Part shown: one piece after another, positions 5,959 through 15,755 of the stretch
How the letters are laid out: each line of letters starts with the position of its first letter
Position numbering within the stretch: position 1 is the first letter of the stretch
From: Candidatus Omnitrophota bacterium
Lineage (GTDB): Bacteria; Omnitrophota; Gorgyraeia; B26-G9
DNA length: 64,000 nucleotides
Direction: 5' to 3'
Assembly: GCA_018817165.1 (NCBI GenBank)
Contig: JAHITY010000128.1
Coordinates: forward strand, 5,161 to 69,160
Notes under the pieces: model-generated
The model's input: only the letters and a program-made list of their open reading frames with translations
Databases searched by the model: none
What the model was told of the DNA's origin: nothing
Program-made: the position numbers and the translations under genes

Positions 5959-8061
5959 ATGGCAAGTGTAACTAAAATTTTTGGGGAGCTGACTTTTAGT
6001 AAAAAAGTCATGGCGGAAAAGTTAAGCAAGGATGTGTATAGTAAATTACTGGCAACTATCGAAGGCGGACAAGCGCTGGATGAGTCAATTGCCGGTGATG
6101 TGGCTCATGCAATGAAGGAATGGGCAATTGAAAACGGAGCAACCCATTTCACTCATTGGTTTCAACCGCAACGCGGCGGCACTGCGGAAAAACATGATGC
6201 TTTTCTGAGCTATGGTAAGAATGGCGAAATAGTTGACAGATTATCAGCCAGACAGCTTATTCAATCAGAGCCTGATGCATCATCATTTCCATCAGGGGGA
6301 ATGCGTTCTACTTTTGAAGCACGTGGATATACTGCTTGGGACCCGACATCTCCCGCGTTTTTATTAGAAGCGGGTGATACCAAGACTTTGGTAATCCCAT
6401 CTGTTTTCTTATCCTGGACAGGTGATGTTTTAGATCTAAAGACTCCGATGCTGCGTTCAATGAAAGCAGTTAGCAAAGCAGCGCTTAGATTGCAGGGACT
6501 GTTGGGTAATAAAAAAGTTAAATCAATTAAAGTTTTTGGCGGACCAGAACAAGAATATTTTCTTTTCTCAAAGCAACTTTTTGAAACGCGTCCGGACTTA
6601 ATTATTTGCGGACGGACTTTATTCGGTGCTCAGCCGGCAAAAGGCCAGCAAATGGAAGATCATTATTTTGGCGCGATCAAATCAAAAGTAATTGAGTTTA
6701 TGGAAGATTTTGATAATGAATTGTACCGCAGAGGAATTCCCGCGAAAACTCGTCATAATGAAGTTTCGCCAAACCAGTTTGAAATCGCTCCTTTATATGA
6801 AGAGGTAAATTTGGCAATAGATCATAATCTGCAATTAATGGATATTATCCAAAAAGTCGCTGATCGTTATGATTTGGTTGCTGTGCTTCATGAAAAACCG
6901 CTGGGCGGCGTAAATGGTTCGGGAAAACATTTTAATATGTCGATCGGTGATAATACGGGCGCTAATTATTTTGAGCCATCAAGCAGTCCTCAGAATAATC
7001 TGATTTTTCTCCTCTCTTTAGGCGCGCTTATGCTGGGTGTTGACAAATTTGGCGGATTATTAAGGGGTGTGGTTGCTGATGCGGGAAATGATCATCGCTT
7101 GGGTGCTAATGAAGCTCCGCCGGCAATTATCTCAGTTTATCTGGGTGAATATCTTGATGCTATTCTTAATGAAATCGAGGGAATAGGCGCGGTTACTGAT
7201 AAAAAACTCTCGGAAATTTATTTAGGGCTGCAAGATTTGCCAAAAGTAGCAAAAGATACTTCTGATAGAAATAGAACATCACCATTGGCTTTTACTGGCA
7301 ATAAATTTGAGTTCAGAGCAGTGGGTTCATCACAGAACTGTGCTGAGGCAGCTACTTTATTAAATATGCTTATGGCTTATGGATATAATGAAATTGCTGA
7401 TGGAATTGAGAAAAGTACAGCAAAATCAGATGCTAAAGCAATTGAAGTATTAGAAAAAGTATTGAAAAAAACAAAACATGTGCGGTTTGAGGGAAATAAT
7501 TATTCCGAAAAATGGCATAAAGAAGCAGCCAAGCGCGGATTGCCAAATACAAAAAATACTCCTGAAGCTTTAGAACAGTTTTTACAAAAAGATGTAATTA
7601 AATTGTATGAAAGCATGGGTATTTTAACTGAAAAAGAAGTTCATTCAAAAATCGAAATTAAACTTGAAGCCTATAATAAAATTAAGGAAATCGAGTTTAA
7701 AACAGCAATGAATATGGCTAAAACATTGGTGATGCCGGCGATATTAAAGCAGATTGGATTACTTGCTGACGCGAATGCTGGAATAAAATCAGCTGGAATT
7801 AAAACAATAAGCAGCATTGCTTCAGATATAAAAGAAGCGAATAAAGTTTATGAGGCATTACAGGTTGGAATCAGTGGTTTGAATAAAGAATTAACAATGG
7901 CAGCAAAGGCTGATGATGAGTTGAAGAAATCAAAACTCATGGCTGGAAAATGTGTTGCTGCTTTAGATAAGCTAAGGGTTGCGGTAGATACAGCTGAAGA
8001 ATTAGTTGCTGATGAACTTTGGCCAATGGCAAAATATCAGGAACTATTGCTGGTTTTATAA
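5959..8061 (+). CDS. glnA: glutamine synthetase type III
   Basis: 700 aa; HFTHWFQP, AEKHDAF, EPDASSFPSGG, TRHNEV, HEKP..GVNGSGKH, DRNRTSP.AFTGNKFEFRAVGS. Confidence 0.95.
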   Translation: MASVTKIFGELTFSKKVMAEKLSKDVYSKLLATIEGGQALDESIAGDVAHAMKEWAIENGATHFTHWFQPQRGGTAEKHDAFLSYGKNGEIVDRLSARQLIQSEPDASSFPSGGMRSTFEARGYTAWDPTSPAFLLEAGDTKTLVIPSVFLSWTGDVLDLKTPMLRSMKAVSKAALRLQGLLGNKKVKSIKVFGGPEQEYFLFSKQLFETRPDLIICGRTLFGAQPAKGQQMEDHYFGAIKSKVIEFMEDFDNELYRRGIPAKTRHNEVSPNQFEIAPLYEEVNLAIDHNLQLMDIIQKVADRYDLVAVLHEKPLGGVNGSGKHFNMSIGDNTGANYFEPSSSPQNNLIFLLSLGALMLGVDKFGGLLRGVVADAGNDHRLGANEAPPAIISVYLGEYLDAILNEIEGIGAVTDKKLSEIYLGLQDLPKVAKDTSDRNRTSPLAFTGNKFEFRAVGSSQNCAEAATLLNMLMAYGYNEIADGIEKSTAKSDAKAIEVLEKVLKKTKHVRFEGNNYSEKWHKEAAKRGLPNTKNTPEALEQFLQKDVIKLYESMGILTEKEVHSKIEIKLEAYNKIKEIEFKTAMNMAKTLVMPAILKQIGLLADANAGIKSAGIKTISSIASDIKEANKVYEALQVGISGLNKELTMAAKADDELKKSKLMAGKCVAALDKLRVAVDTAEELVADELWPMAKYQELLLVL

Positions 8062-8097
8062 GGATTAGTTTAGTTGATAATTAACAATTAGGATCTA

Positions 8098-8130
8098 AAG
8101 AGCGATACTTTAAAAAAGTATCGCTCTTAT
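8098..8130 (+). terminator. intrinsic terminator-like hairpin after glnA
   Basis: aagagcgatacttt-aaa-aaagtatcgctctt. Confidence 0.65.
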
Positions 8131-8156
8131 GTCCATTAAAAAGTAACAAAATATTC

Positions 8157-8237
8157 ATAATAATGACTCCAAAAGTGCCTGCTTGGCCGCAGTCATTTTG
8201 GACTAAATCCCTGCCAAAAAGCGGCGGGATCATTTAA
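8157..8237 (+). repeat. modular hairpin repeat (A+C)
   Basis: ataataatgactccaaaagtgcctgcttggccgcagtcattttggac...cctgccaaaaagcggcgggatcatttaa; compensatory tccaaaa/ttttgga versus tccgaaa/tttcgga. Confidence 0.85.
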
Positions 8238-8250
8238 AGGACATTTAAAA

Positions 8251-8979
8251 ATGATATATTTTCTTGAACACGAACCAATCGAAGGCCCGGGGATGTTAAA
8301 GCCTTTGTTTGAAAATAATGGTTTTCTTACTTCGGTAATCAAGCTTTATGATAATCAGGATTTACCGCAGGACTTTGATTCAATAGAAGCAATTGTAAGT
8401 CTTGGCGGCCCAATGAATGTTTATCAAGAAGAGGTTTATCCTTTTTTAAAAAAAGAAGATGAATTCCTTAAAAAAATTATTAAGCTAGATATCCCTTGTT
8501 TGGGTATATGTCTTGGCTCGCAATTAATCGCTAAAGCGGAAAAAGCGCAAGTTAAGAAAGCGGAAAAAGAAGAAATCGGCTGGTTTAAAGTCTCGTTAAC
8601 TGAACATGGCAAGAAAGATGATTTATTCCATCTGGTAAATGAGCAACTTGAAGTTTTTCAATGGCATTCAGATACTTTTAGCGTTCCGGTTGGCGGGGTT
8701 TTATTGGCGCAGGGTTCTGTTTGCCGCAATCAGGCGTTTAGAATAGGTAATAATGTTTATGGATTGCAGTTTCATCTGGAAGTTACGGATAAAGAAGTTT
8801 TTGATTGGACTGGCAAATATTTTAATATTGCGGATTCAGAAAAACAGGAATACGCGAAAGATATGCTGTCAAAATATAGCGAAATAAAAAAAGATTTTGA
8901 GCTGCAAATGGATGTTATTGGCGCGAATTTTCTTAAAATTATTGAGAAGAGAAAGATCGCTGTGGCACAGGAAGTTTAA
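8251..8979 (+). CDS. class I glutamine amidotransferase (GMP-synthase-like GATase1)
   Basis: LGGPMNVY, GICLGSQ (catalytic Cys), FQWHSDTF, GLQFHLE. Confidence 0.9.
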   Translation: MIYFLEHEPIEGPGMLKPLFENNGFLTSVIKLYDNQDLPQDFDSIEAIVSLGGPMNVYQEEVYPFLKKEDEFLKKIIKLDIPCLGICLGSQLIAKAEKAQVKKAEKEEIGWFKVSLTEHGKKDDLFHLVNEQLEVFQWHSDTFSVPVGGVLLAQGSVCRNQAFRIGNNVYGLQFHLEVTDKEVFDWTGKYFNIADSEKQEYAKDMLSKYSEIKKDFELQMDVIGANFLKIIEKRKIAVAQEV

Positions 8980-8996
8980 AAAATTTTAAATATCAG

Positions 8997-9013
8997 TGCC
9001 CAAAAATTAGGCA
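8997..9013. promoter_or_regulatory. Fis/NtrC-like 17-bp palindromic operator
   Basis: TGCCCAAAAATTAGGCA upstream of the Fis-like gene and gltBD. Confidence 0.55.
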
Positions 9014-9018
9014 AATTA

Positions 9019-9352
9019 AAATAATGATTCCCGAATCAGCAGCTAGTCGCTGCTTCTCGGGCTAAATTTCCCGCCAGAAAACAGCGGGATAAACGAGCAG
9101 GCTGACTTGACGTCGCATAGAACGTTCCGTAAGTCAGGCTAAATAATAATGATTCCAAAATATCTGCTTGGCCGCAGCTATTTCGGACTAAATTCGAGCA
9201 GGCTGACTTGACGTCGCATAGAACGTTCCGTAAGTCAGGCTAAATAATAATGATTCCGAAAGTATCTGCTTGGCCGCAGCTATTTCGGACTAAATTCGAG
9301 CAGGCTGACTTGACGTCGCATAGAACGTTCCGTAAGTCAGGCTCTCATTTAA
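9019..9352 (+). repeat. tandem array A'CB-AB-AB (~101-bp period)
   Basis: Unit ATGs at 9024, 9149, 9250; all three B modules carry loop cgcatagaacgttc; ends tctcatttaa next to RBS gggga. Confidence 0.9.
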
Positions 9353-9358
9353 GGGGAT

Positions 9359-9622
9359 ATGAGCGCATACACAGATAAAATTAGTATTCTCCAAGAACAA
9401 ATAAAGGATGTTGAGACTTTTTTTCTAAAAAAAGATACAAAACATTTATATAAACACATATTGGAAATAGTCGAAAAACCTTTGATTGAAATGGTTTTAA
9501 AATCAACAAAAGGCAATCAGAAAAAAGCGGCGGTGCTTTTGGGGATTAACCGAAATACATTGTTTGTTAAAATTAAAAAACTTAAGATAAACGCTAAAGA
9601 ATTCAAAGATGCTTCAGATTGA
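9359..9622 (+). CDS. stand-alone Fis/NtrC-type HTH DNA-binding protein
   Basis: [46 protein letters not shown] matches the Fis/NtrC C-terminal HTH pattern; 87 aa, no AAA+ domain. Confidence 0.85.
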   Translation: MSAYTDKISILQEQIKDVETFFLKKDTKHLYKHILEIVEKPLIEMVLKSTKGNQKKAAVLLGINRNTLFVKIKKLKINAKEFKDASD

Positions 9623-9658
9623 AAAGCAAAATTCTGAAAAAGAAAGGAATTATTCCGA

Positions 9659-12600
9659 ATGAAGTATAAACATTTACCTGCCAAGCAGGGGCTTTATGAC
9701 CCTAGCTTTGAAAAAGATGCTTGCGGTGTTGGGTTTGTTTGCAATATCAAGGGAGTTAAATCCAATCAGATAATTAAAGATGGATTGACTGTTTTAAGGC
9801 GTATGGCGCATCGTGGTGCCGTGGGCGCTGATCCTAATACCGGGGACGGTGCGGGTCTGCTGATTCAGATGCCGCATAAGTTTTTGGAGAAGGCGGCTGC
9901 TCAGGCAAAGATTAAATTACCGGAATTCGGGTTTTATGGCAGTGGTCTGGTGTTTTTGCCAACAGTTAAAAAAGAACGGGATATCTGCAAGCTTAATTTT
10001 GAAAAAATTATTGAGCAGCAGGGACAGATACTGCTTGGCTGGCGGAAAGTCCCGGTTGATAATTCCTGTATTGGCCCAGTGGCACAGGAGTCTGCTCCGA
10101 TCATCGAGCAGGTATTTATTGCGCGAAATGCCCAAATCCAAGATCCTATGGATTTTGAAAGAAAACTTTATGTTATTAGAAAACTTATTGAAAATTTTGT
10201 CCGCGGGGCTGATCTAAAACAAAAATCTTATTTCTATGTTTCTAATTTATCGTATAAAGTCCTTTCCTATAAAGGATTGCTAATGCCGCATCAGGTTGAT
10301 AAATTCTTTTTGGATTTAAAAGATAAAAGCATCGAAAGTGCTTTATGTTTAGTTCATTCTCGTTATAGTACTAATACTTTTCCTACTTGGGATTTGGCAC
10401 AGCCGTTTCGTTTTTTAGCGCATAATGGAGAAATAAATACGGTTAGAGGTAATATAAACTGGATGCAGGCACGGGAAGGTTTGTTGAAAAGTGAATTATT
10501 TGGGAAAAATATTGAGCAAATGAAACCAATTATTGTTCCGGGCGGAAGTGATTCCGCGACTTTGGATAATGCTTTGGAATTATTACTGCTTTCCGGCAGG
10601 TCTTTGCCGCATGTTATGATGATGCTTGTCCCCAGCGCATGGGAAAACAGTACTTTGATGGATAAAGAACTGCGCGATTTTTATAAATATCATGCTTGTT
10701 TTATGGAACCTTGGGATGGCCCGGCGGCAATTGCTGTGACCGATGGGATTAGAATCAGTGCCGCGCTTGATCGCAACGGTTTACGTCCGGCGCGTTATAT
10801 AGTAACAAAAAACGATTTTATTGTTATGGCCTCTGAAGTTGGGGTTTTGGACATTGCTCCTAAGGATATTGCTTATTCCGGAAGACTTGAGCCGGGAAAA
10901 ATGTTTTTTATTGATACTGAGCAAGGAAGAATTATTAATGACGAAGAATTGAAAAAAAATATTGCTATTTCTCAGCCTTATGGGAAATGGATAGATAGTA
11001 ATTTAGTGGAATTAGCCAGTTTAAAACCAGCTAAGGCTGATAAAAGTAAACAGGAAGATATTCTTACTTGTTTGAAAAGTTTTGGCTACAGTCGAGAAGA
11101 TTTAAAGATGATCATAAAGCCCATGGCTCAAACCGGTCAAGAGCCGACTCATTCTATGGGTAATGATGCTCCGCATGCTATTTTATCGAAAAAGCCGCAA
11201 GTGCTTTATTCCTATTTTAAACAGCTTTTTGCTCAGGTTACCAATCCGGCAGTTGATCCGATCAGGGAAGAAATTGTTATGAGCTGGCAAAGTTTTGTTG
11301 GCGCGCAAAAAAATATTCTAGAGGAAACTCCCGAACATTGCCATACTCTTCGGGTAAAAAACCCCCTATTATCAGACGCTGATCTGGCTAAGATAAAAAA
11401 TGTAAATGCTAAAGGGTTTAAAGCTAAAACAATCTCTCTTTTATTTAATCTGAATGAAAAGAAAAGTTTTATGCAGGCGATTAAAGGGATTTGCGATCAG
11501 GCAGTATTGGCTATTCAGCAGGGGTATACGTTTATTATTTTAAGTGATCGCGGTACTGATAAAGATCAGGCGGCAATTCCCGCGCTTTTAGCAACCGGAG
11601 CGGTGCATCATCATTTAGTCAGAAAAGCCCTGCGTACCCAGATTGGAATCGTAGTGGAGAGTGCAGAGCCAAGAGAGGTGCATCATTTTGCCCTTTTGTT
11701 CGGATATGGTGCTGATTGTATTAATCCTTATTTAATATTTAGGACATTAGATTATTTAATTAAAGAAAAAGAATTAGATATTAGTTTTGAGGAAGCAGCA
11801 AAAAATTATATTAATGCTGTAAAAAAAGGAATATTGAAAATAACTTCTAAAATGGGTATTTGTACTTTGCAAAGTTATAAAGGCGCCCAGATTTTTGAAG
11901 CTTTGGGATTGCATGATCAGGTAATTGAGCGCTGTTTTAAAGGAACTCCTTCGCGCATCGGAGGAGCTGATTTTGAAATTATCCGACAGGAAACTATTTT
12001 AAAACATAAACATGCTTATCCTGAGCGGGAAATCGGTGTCACTGATTTAGCTGTTGGTGGTGTATATCAATGGAAAAGAGATGGAGAAGCGCATCTTTGG
12101 AACCCTCAGAGTATTACTGCTTTGCAGGATGCGACCCGCACAGGCAGTTATGCTAAATATCAGGACTTTGCTAAACTAATAAATGATCAAGCGCAGCAGC
12201 CGATTACTTTGCGCAGTTTGCTTGAATTTAAAGCTAAAGAATCTATTCCGGTTGAGCAGGTTGAGCCTGTGAAAAAAATTGTTAAACGGTTTGTTACCGG
12301 AGCAATGAGTTTTGGTTCAATCAGTAAAGAAATACATGAGTCTTTGGCAATTGTGATGAATCGCTTGGGTGGAATGTCCAATACCGGAGAAGGCGGAGAA
12401 GATCCAGCTCGTTTTAACCGTTTGCCAAATGGTGATTTAAAACGCAGCGCGATCAAGCAGGTTGCGTCCGGACGTTTCGGAGTTACCACAAATTATTTGG
12501 TTAATGCTGATGAATTGCAGATTAAAGTTGCCCAAGGCGCAAAGCCGGGTGAGGGCGGTCAGTTGCCGGGACATAAGGTTAGTTCGATTATTGCTAAGAC

Positions 12601-14182
12601 TCGTTATACAACTCCTGGAGTAACCTTGATCTCTCCTCCGCCGCATCATGATATTTATTCAATTGAAGACCTGGCGCAGTTAATATTTGATTTGAAAAAT
12701 GTTAATCCTCGGGCGCGAATCAGTGTGAAACTTGTTTCAGAAATCGGAGTAGGCACGGTTGCGGCTGGAGTGGCTAAAGGCCATGCGGACATGATTTTGA
12801 TTTCAGGAGGTGATGGCGGAACAGGTGCATCTCCGATGAGTTCAATCCGCCATGCTGGTTTGCCTTGGGAACTGGGGCTTGCGGAAACTCATCAGACTTT
12901 GGTCTTAAATGATTTGAGAAGCCGCGTACGTTTGCAGACAGACGGACAAATGCGTACTGGCCGAGATGTGGCAATTGCCGCTATTTTAGGTGCTGAAGAA
13001 TATGGCTTTTGTACTACTCCTTTAATTGTTATGGGCTGTGTGATGTTAAGACATTGCCATTTGAATAATTGTAATCTGGGCATAGCTACTCAGGATGAAA
13101 TTTTAAGAAAAAGATTCAGAGGCAGAACTGAATATTTAGAAAATTATTTTAATTTTGTGGCGCATGAGTTAAGAAATATTATGGCCAGTCTAGGGGTAAA
13201 AACAATCAATGAGCTTGTGGGCAGAACAGATCTATTGCAGGTTAATTCTAAAATAATTCCTTGGAAAGCAAAAGATATTGATTATTCAAAAATATTGTAT
13301 AAACCTCAGGTTTCCCAGAATGTCAGTGTGTTTTGTACGCAAAAACAGGATCATCAAATATCTAAAGTTTTAGATAGAACGCTGATCAAATTAGCTAAGC
13401 CGGCTTTAGAGCATAAAAAGCAGATTAAGGAAACCTTGAAGATTAAGAATTCAGACCGGACTACTGGAGCGATGCTCAGCGGTGAAGTTGCTAAACTATA
13501 TGGTGAAGACGGGCTTTATGAAGATACAATCAATTTTAAATTTAAAGGTGAAGCTGGTCAGAGTTTTGGGGCGTGGTTGATCAAAGGAATTACTTTTGAG
13601 TTGGAAGGGATTGCTAATGATTATGTAGGTAAAGGGGCATTTGGCGGGAAAATAATTATTTATCCTAATGCGGATAGCAGCTTTATACCCGAGGAAAATA
13701 TCATTATCGGGAATACCACTTTTTATGGAGCAATTGCCGGAGAAGCTTATATTAATGGTATTGCTGGAGAAAGGTTTTGTATTCGTAATTCAGGATTGCA
13801 CGCGGTTGTCGAAGGAGTCGGTGATCATGGTTGTGAGTATATGACCGGGGGAAGGGTTGTTATATTGGGTAAAACCGGGATAAACTTCGGCGCTGGGATG
13901 AGCGGAGGGATTGCTTATATCTATGATGAGGATAATATGTTTAAACAAAGCTGTAATATGAGTATGGTTGAACTGCAAGTGCTTGATGCGGATGATAAGC
14001 AGATGATTTCTAGTCTGATTCGTAATCATTGCAAGTACACGCAAAGTCCGAAAGCAAAGAAGATATACGATAACTTTGTTTCTGAGAGTGATAAATTTAT
14101 AAAAGTAATGCCTTTGGAATATAAACGTATTTTAAGTCAAAAAGAACTGGGCAAAAAACTAGGTCTAGAAAAATCAATGTAG
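9659..14182 (+). CDS. gltB: glutamate synthase large subunit
   Basis: DACGVGF (N-terminal Cys), HSRYSTNT, HNGEINT, QGAKPGEGGQLPG, CVMLRHCHLNNC. Confidence 0.98.
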   Translation: MKYKHLPAKQGLYDPSFEKDACGVGFVCNIKGVKSNQIIKDGLTVLRRMAHRGAVGADPNTGDGAGLLIQMPHKFLEKAAAQAKIKLPEFGFYGSGLVFLPTVKKERDICKLNFEKIIEQQGQILLGWRKVPVDNSCIGPVAQESAPIIEQVFIARNAQIQDPMDFERKLYVIRKLIENFVRGADLKQKSYFYVSNLSYKVLSYKGLLMPHQVDKFFLDLKDKSIESALCLVHSRYSTNTFPTWDLAQPFRFLAHNGEINTVRGNINWMQAREGLLKSELFGKNIEQMKPIIVPGGSDSATLDNALELLLLSGRSLPHVMMMLVPSAWENSTLMDKELRDFYKYHACFMEPWDGPAAIAVTDGIRISAALDRNGLRPARYIVTKNDFIVMASEVGVLDIAPKDIAYSGRLEPGKMFFIDTEQGRIINDEELKKNIAISQPYGKWIDSNLVELASLKPAKADKSKQEDILTCLKSFGYSREDLKMIIKPMAQTGQEPTHSMGNDAPHAILSKKPQVLYSYFKQLFAQVTNPAVDPIREEIVMSWQSFVGAQKNILEETPEHCHTLRVKNPLLSDADLAKIKNVNAKGFKAKTISLLFNLNEKKSFMQAIKGICDQAVLAIQQGYTFIILSDRGTDKDQAAIPALLATGAVHHHLVRKALRTQIGIVVESAEPREVHHFALLFGYGADCINPYLIFRTLDYLIKEKELDISFEEAAKNYINAVKKGILKITSKMGICTLQSYKGAQIFEALGLHDQVIERCFKGTPSRIGGADFEIIRQETILKHKHAYPEREIGVTDLAVGGVYQWKRDGEAHLWNPQSITALQDATRTGSYAKYQDFAKLINDQAQQPITLRSLLEFKAKESIPVEQVEPVKKIVKRFVTGAMSFGSISKEIHESLAIVMNRLGGMSNTGEGGEDPARFNRLPNGDLKRSAIKQVASGRFGVTTNYLVNADELQIKVAQGAKPGEGGQLPGHKVSSIIAKTRYTTPGVTLISPPPHHDIYSIEDLAQLIFDLKNVNPRARISVKLVSEIGVGTVAAGVAKGHADMILISGGDGGTGASPMSSIRHAGLPWELGLAETHQTLVLNDLRSRVRLQTDGQMRTGRDVAIAAILGAEEYGFCTTPLIVMGCVMLRHCHLNNCNLGIATQDEILRKRFRGRTEYLENYFNFVAHELRNIMASLGVKTINELVGRTDLLQVNSKIIPWKAKDIDYSKILYKPQVSQNVSVFCTQKQDHQISKVLDRTLIKLAKPALEHKKQIKETLKIKNSDRTTGAMLSGEVAKLYGEDGLYEDTINFKFKGEAGQSFGAWLIKGITFELEGIANDYVGKGAFGGKIIIYPNADSSFIPEENIIIGNTTFYGAIAGEAYINGIAGERFCIRNSGLHAVVEGVGDHGCEYMTGGRVVILGKTGINFGAGMSGGIAYIYDEDNMFKQSCNMSMVELQVLDADDKQMISSLIRNHCKYTQSPKAKKIYDNFVSESDKFIKVMPLEYKRILSQKELGKKLGLEKSM

Positions 14183-14222
14183 TAGGTTGTAACAAGAGTT
14201 TTTTGTTTTAGGAGGATTTGTG

Positions 14223-15671
14223 ATGAAAGATGTAAAAGCGTTTTTAAAAATTAAGCGTAAACAGTCAGAATACAGACCAGTGCGGGAACGGATCCGTGAT
14301 TTTCAGGAAGTTGTTGTTTTGCGCCCTAGCGAATATACGCAGGAGCAGGCAGACAGATGTATGGATTGCGGCACACCGTTTTGTCATTCTGCGTGTCCTT
14401 TGGGCAATGATATTCCGGAATGGAATGATTTGGTTATGAAAGGTCAATGGGAAAAGGCTTATCTGTCGCTTAGCGCGACAAATAATTTGCCGGAAGTTAC
14501 CGGAAGGCTTTGTCCCGCGCTTTGTGAATTTGCCTGCGTTTTAGGTTTGGGTGATGATCCGGTTACGATTCGGGAAAATGAATTGGGAATTATTGAGCAC
14601 GCTTTTAAGCATGGATATGTAAAACCTAATCCCCCGAAAAAACGGACAAATAAAAAAGTCGCGGTTATTGGTTCTGGTCCGGCTGGACTTGCTTGCGCTG
14701 ATCAGCTGAATAAAGCGGGGCATAATGTGACTGTGTTTGAAAAGGATAAAAAAATTGGAGCAATACTGCGCTATGGGATTCCTGATTTTAAAATTGAAAA
14801 ATGGCTGCTTGACCGCAGATTGAAAATTTTCAAACAAGAGGGTATAAAATTTGTAACAGGCGTAAACGTCGGGATTGATTTAAAGGTTAGTGAGTTAAAC
14901 AATGATTTTGACGCGGTCTGTTTAACCGGAGGGGCTCATACTCCTCGCGACTTAAATATTCCCGGTCGAGATTTGCAGGGAATTCATTTTGCTATGGATT
15001 TCCTGGTGCAATCTAATAAAAAAATCAGCGGAGAAAAGTTTAAGCTAAATGAGTTTATTGATGCTAAAAATAAGAATGTTGTTATTATCGGCGGAGGAGA
15101 TACCGGCGCTGATTGTGTGGGCGTATCTAATCGTCAGGGGGCTAAGAGTATTATCCAAATAGAAGTCATGCCTAAGCCTCCGCAATCAAGAACCGAGGAT
15201 TTTCCTTGGCCTAAATACCCGATGGTTTTAAAAACATCAAGTTCTCATGAAGAAGGCGGTAAACGTCATTGGGCGCTTCTGACCAAAGAATTTATTGGCA
15301 AAGATGGTCATGTAACTAATTTACAATGCGTGGAAGTTGAATTTGTGAAAGATGAAAAAACCGGGCGCAATAGTCTCAAAGAAATTTCCAATAGTTCTTT
15401 TATGATTGAAGCTGATTTGGTTATCCTTGCGGTTGGTTTTGTTCATCCTGTCCATGGCGGACTCTTATCGGAATTAAAAGTGGATTTGGATGAGCGGGGT
15501 AATGTTAAAACAAATGAACAGTTTATGACCAGTAAAAAAGGCTTTTTTGCTGCCGGAGACATCCGGCGGGGACAGTCTTTAATCGTCTGGGCGATTGCTG
15601 AAGGCAGAAAAGCCGCGCATTATATGGATGCTTATTTAACCGGTAAGGAAAGTCTGCTGCCGATTAAGTAG
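14223..15671 (+). CDS. gltD: glutamate synthase small subunit
   Basis: RCMDCGTPFC, GRLCPALCE, GSGPAG, GGGDTGADC, AAGDIRRGQSLIVWAI. Confidence 0.97.
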   Translation: MKDVKAFLKIKRKQSEYRPVRERIRDFQEVVVLRPSEYTQEQADRCMDCGTPFCHSACPLGNDIPEWNDLVMKGQWEKAYLSLSATNNLPEVTGRLCPALCEFACVLGLGDDPVTIRENELGIIEHAFKHGYVKPNPPKKRTNKKVAVIGSGPAGLACADQLNKAGHNVTVFEKDKKIGAILRYGIPDFKIEKWLLDRRLKIFKQEGIKFVTGVNVGIDLKVSELNNDFDAVCLTGGAHTPRDLNIPGRDLQGIHFAMDFLVQSNKKISGEKFKLNEFIDAKNKNVVIIGGGDTGADCVGVSNRQGAKSIIQIEVMPKPPQSRTEDFPWPKYPMVLKTSSSHEEGGKRHWALLTKEFIGKDGHVTNLQCVEVEFVKDEKTGRNSLKEISNSSFMIEADLVILAVGFVHPVHGGLLSELKVDLDERGNVKTNEQFMTSKKGFFAAGDIRRGQSLIVWAIAEGRKAAHYMDAYLTGKESLLPIK

Positions 15672-15689
15672 AGATATATTTGTTTGATT

Positions 15690-15722
15690 AAAAGCCCGCA
15701 GTGATAAAACTGCGGGCTTTTT
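15690..15722. terminator. bidirectional intrinsic terminator
   Basis: aaaagcccgcag-tgataaaa-ctgcgggcttttt between convergent gltD and phoH2. Confidence 0.85.
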
Positions 15723-15755
15723 GCTTAAGTCTAAACGCTAATCGCTATCCGCTAT

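Noticed and set aside
8085-8130. ANTAR motif at the glnA terminator
   Set aside because: No convincing twin hexaloop hairpins; treated as a plain terminator
8963-8980. TGGCAC (sigma54 -24-like) upstream of fis-gltB
   Set aside because: No GC at the -12 position; lies inside the GATase coding end
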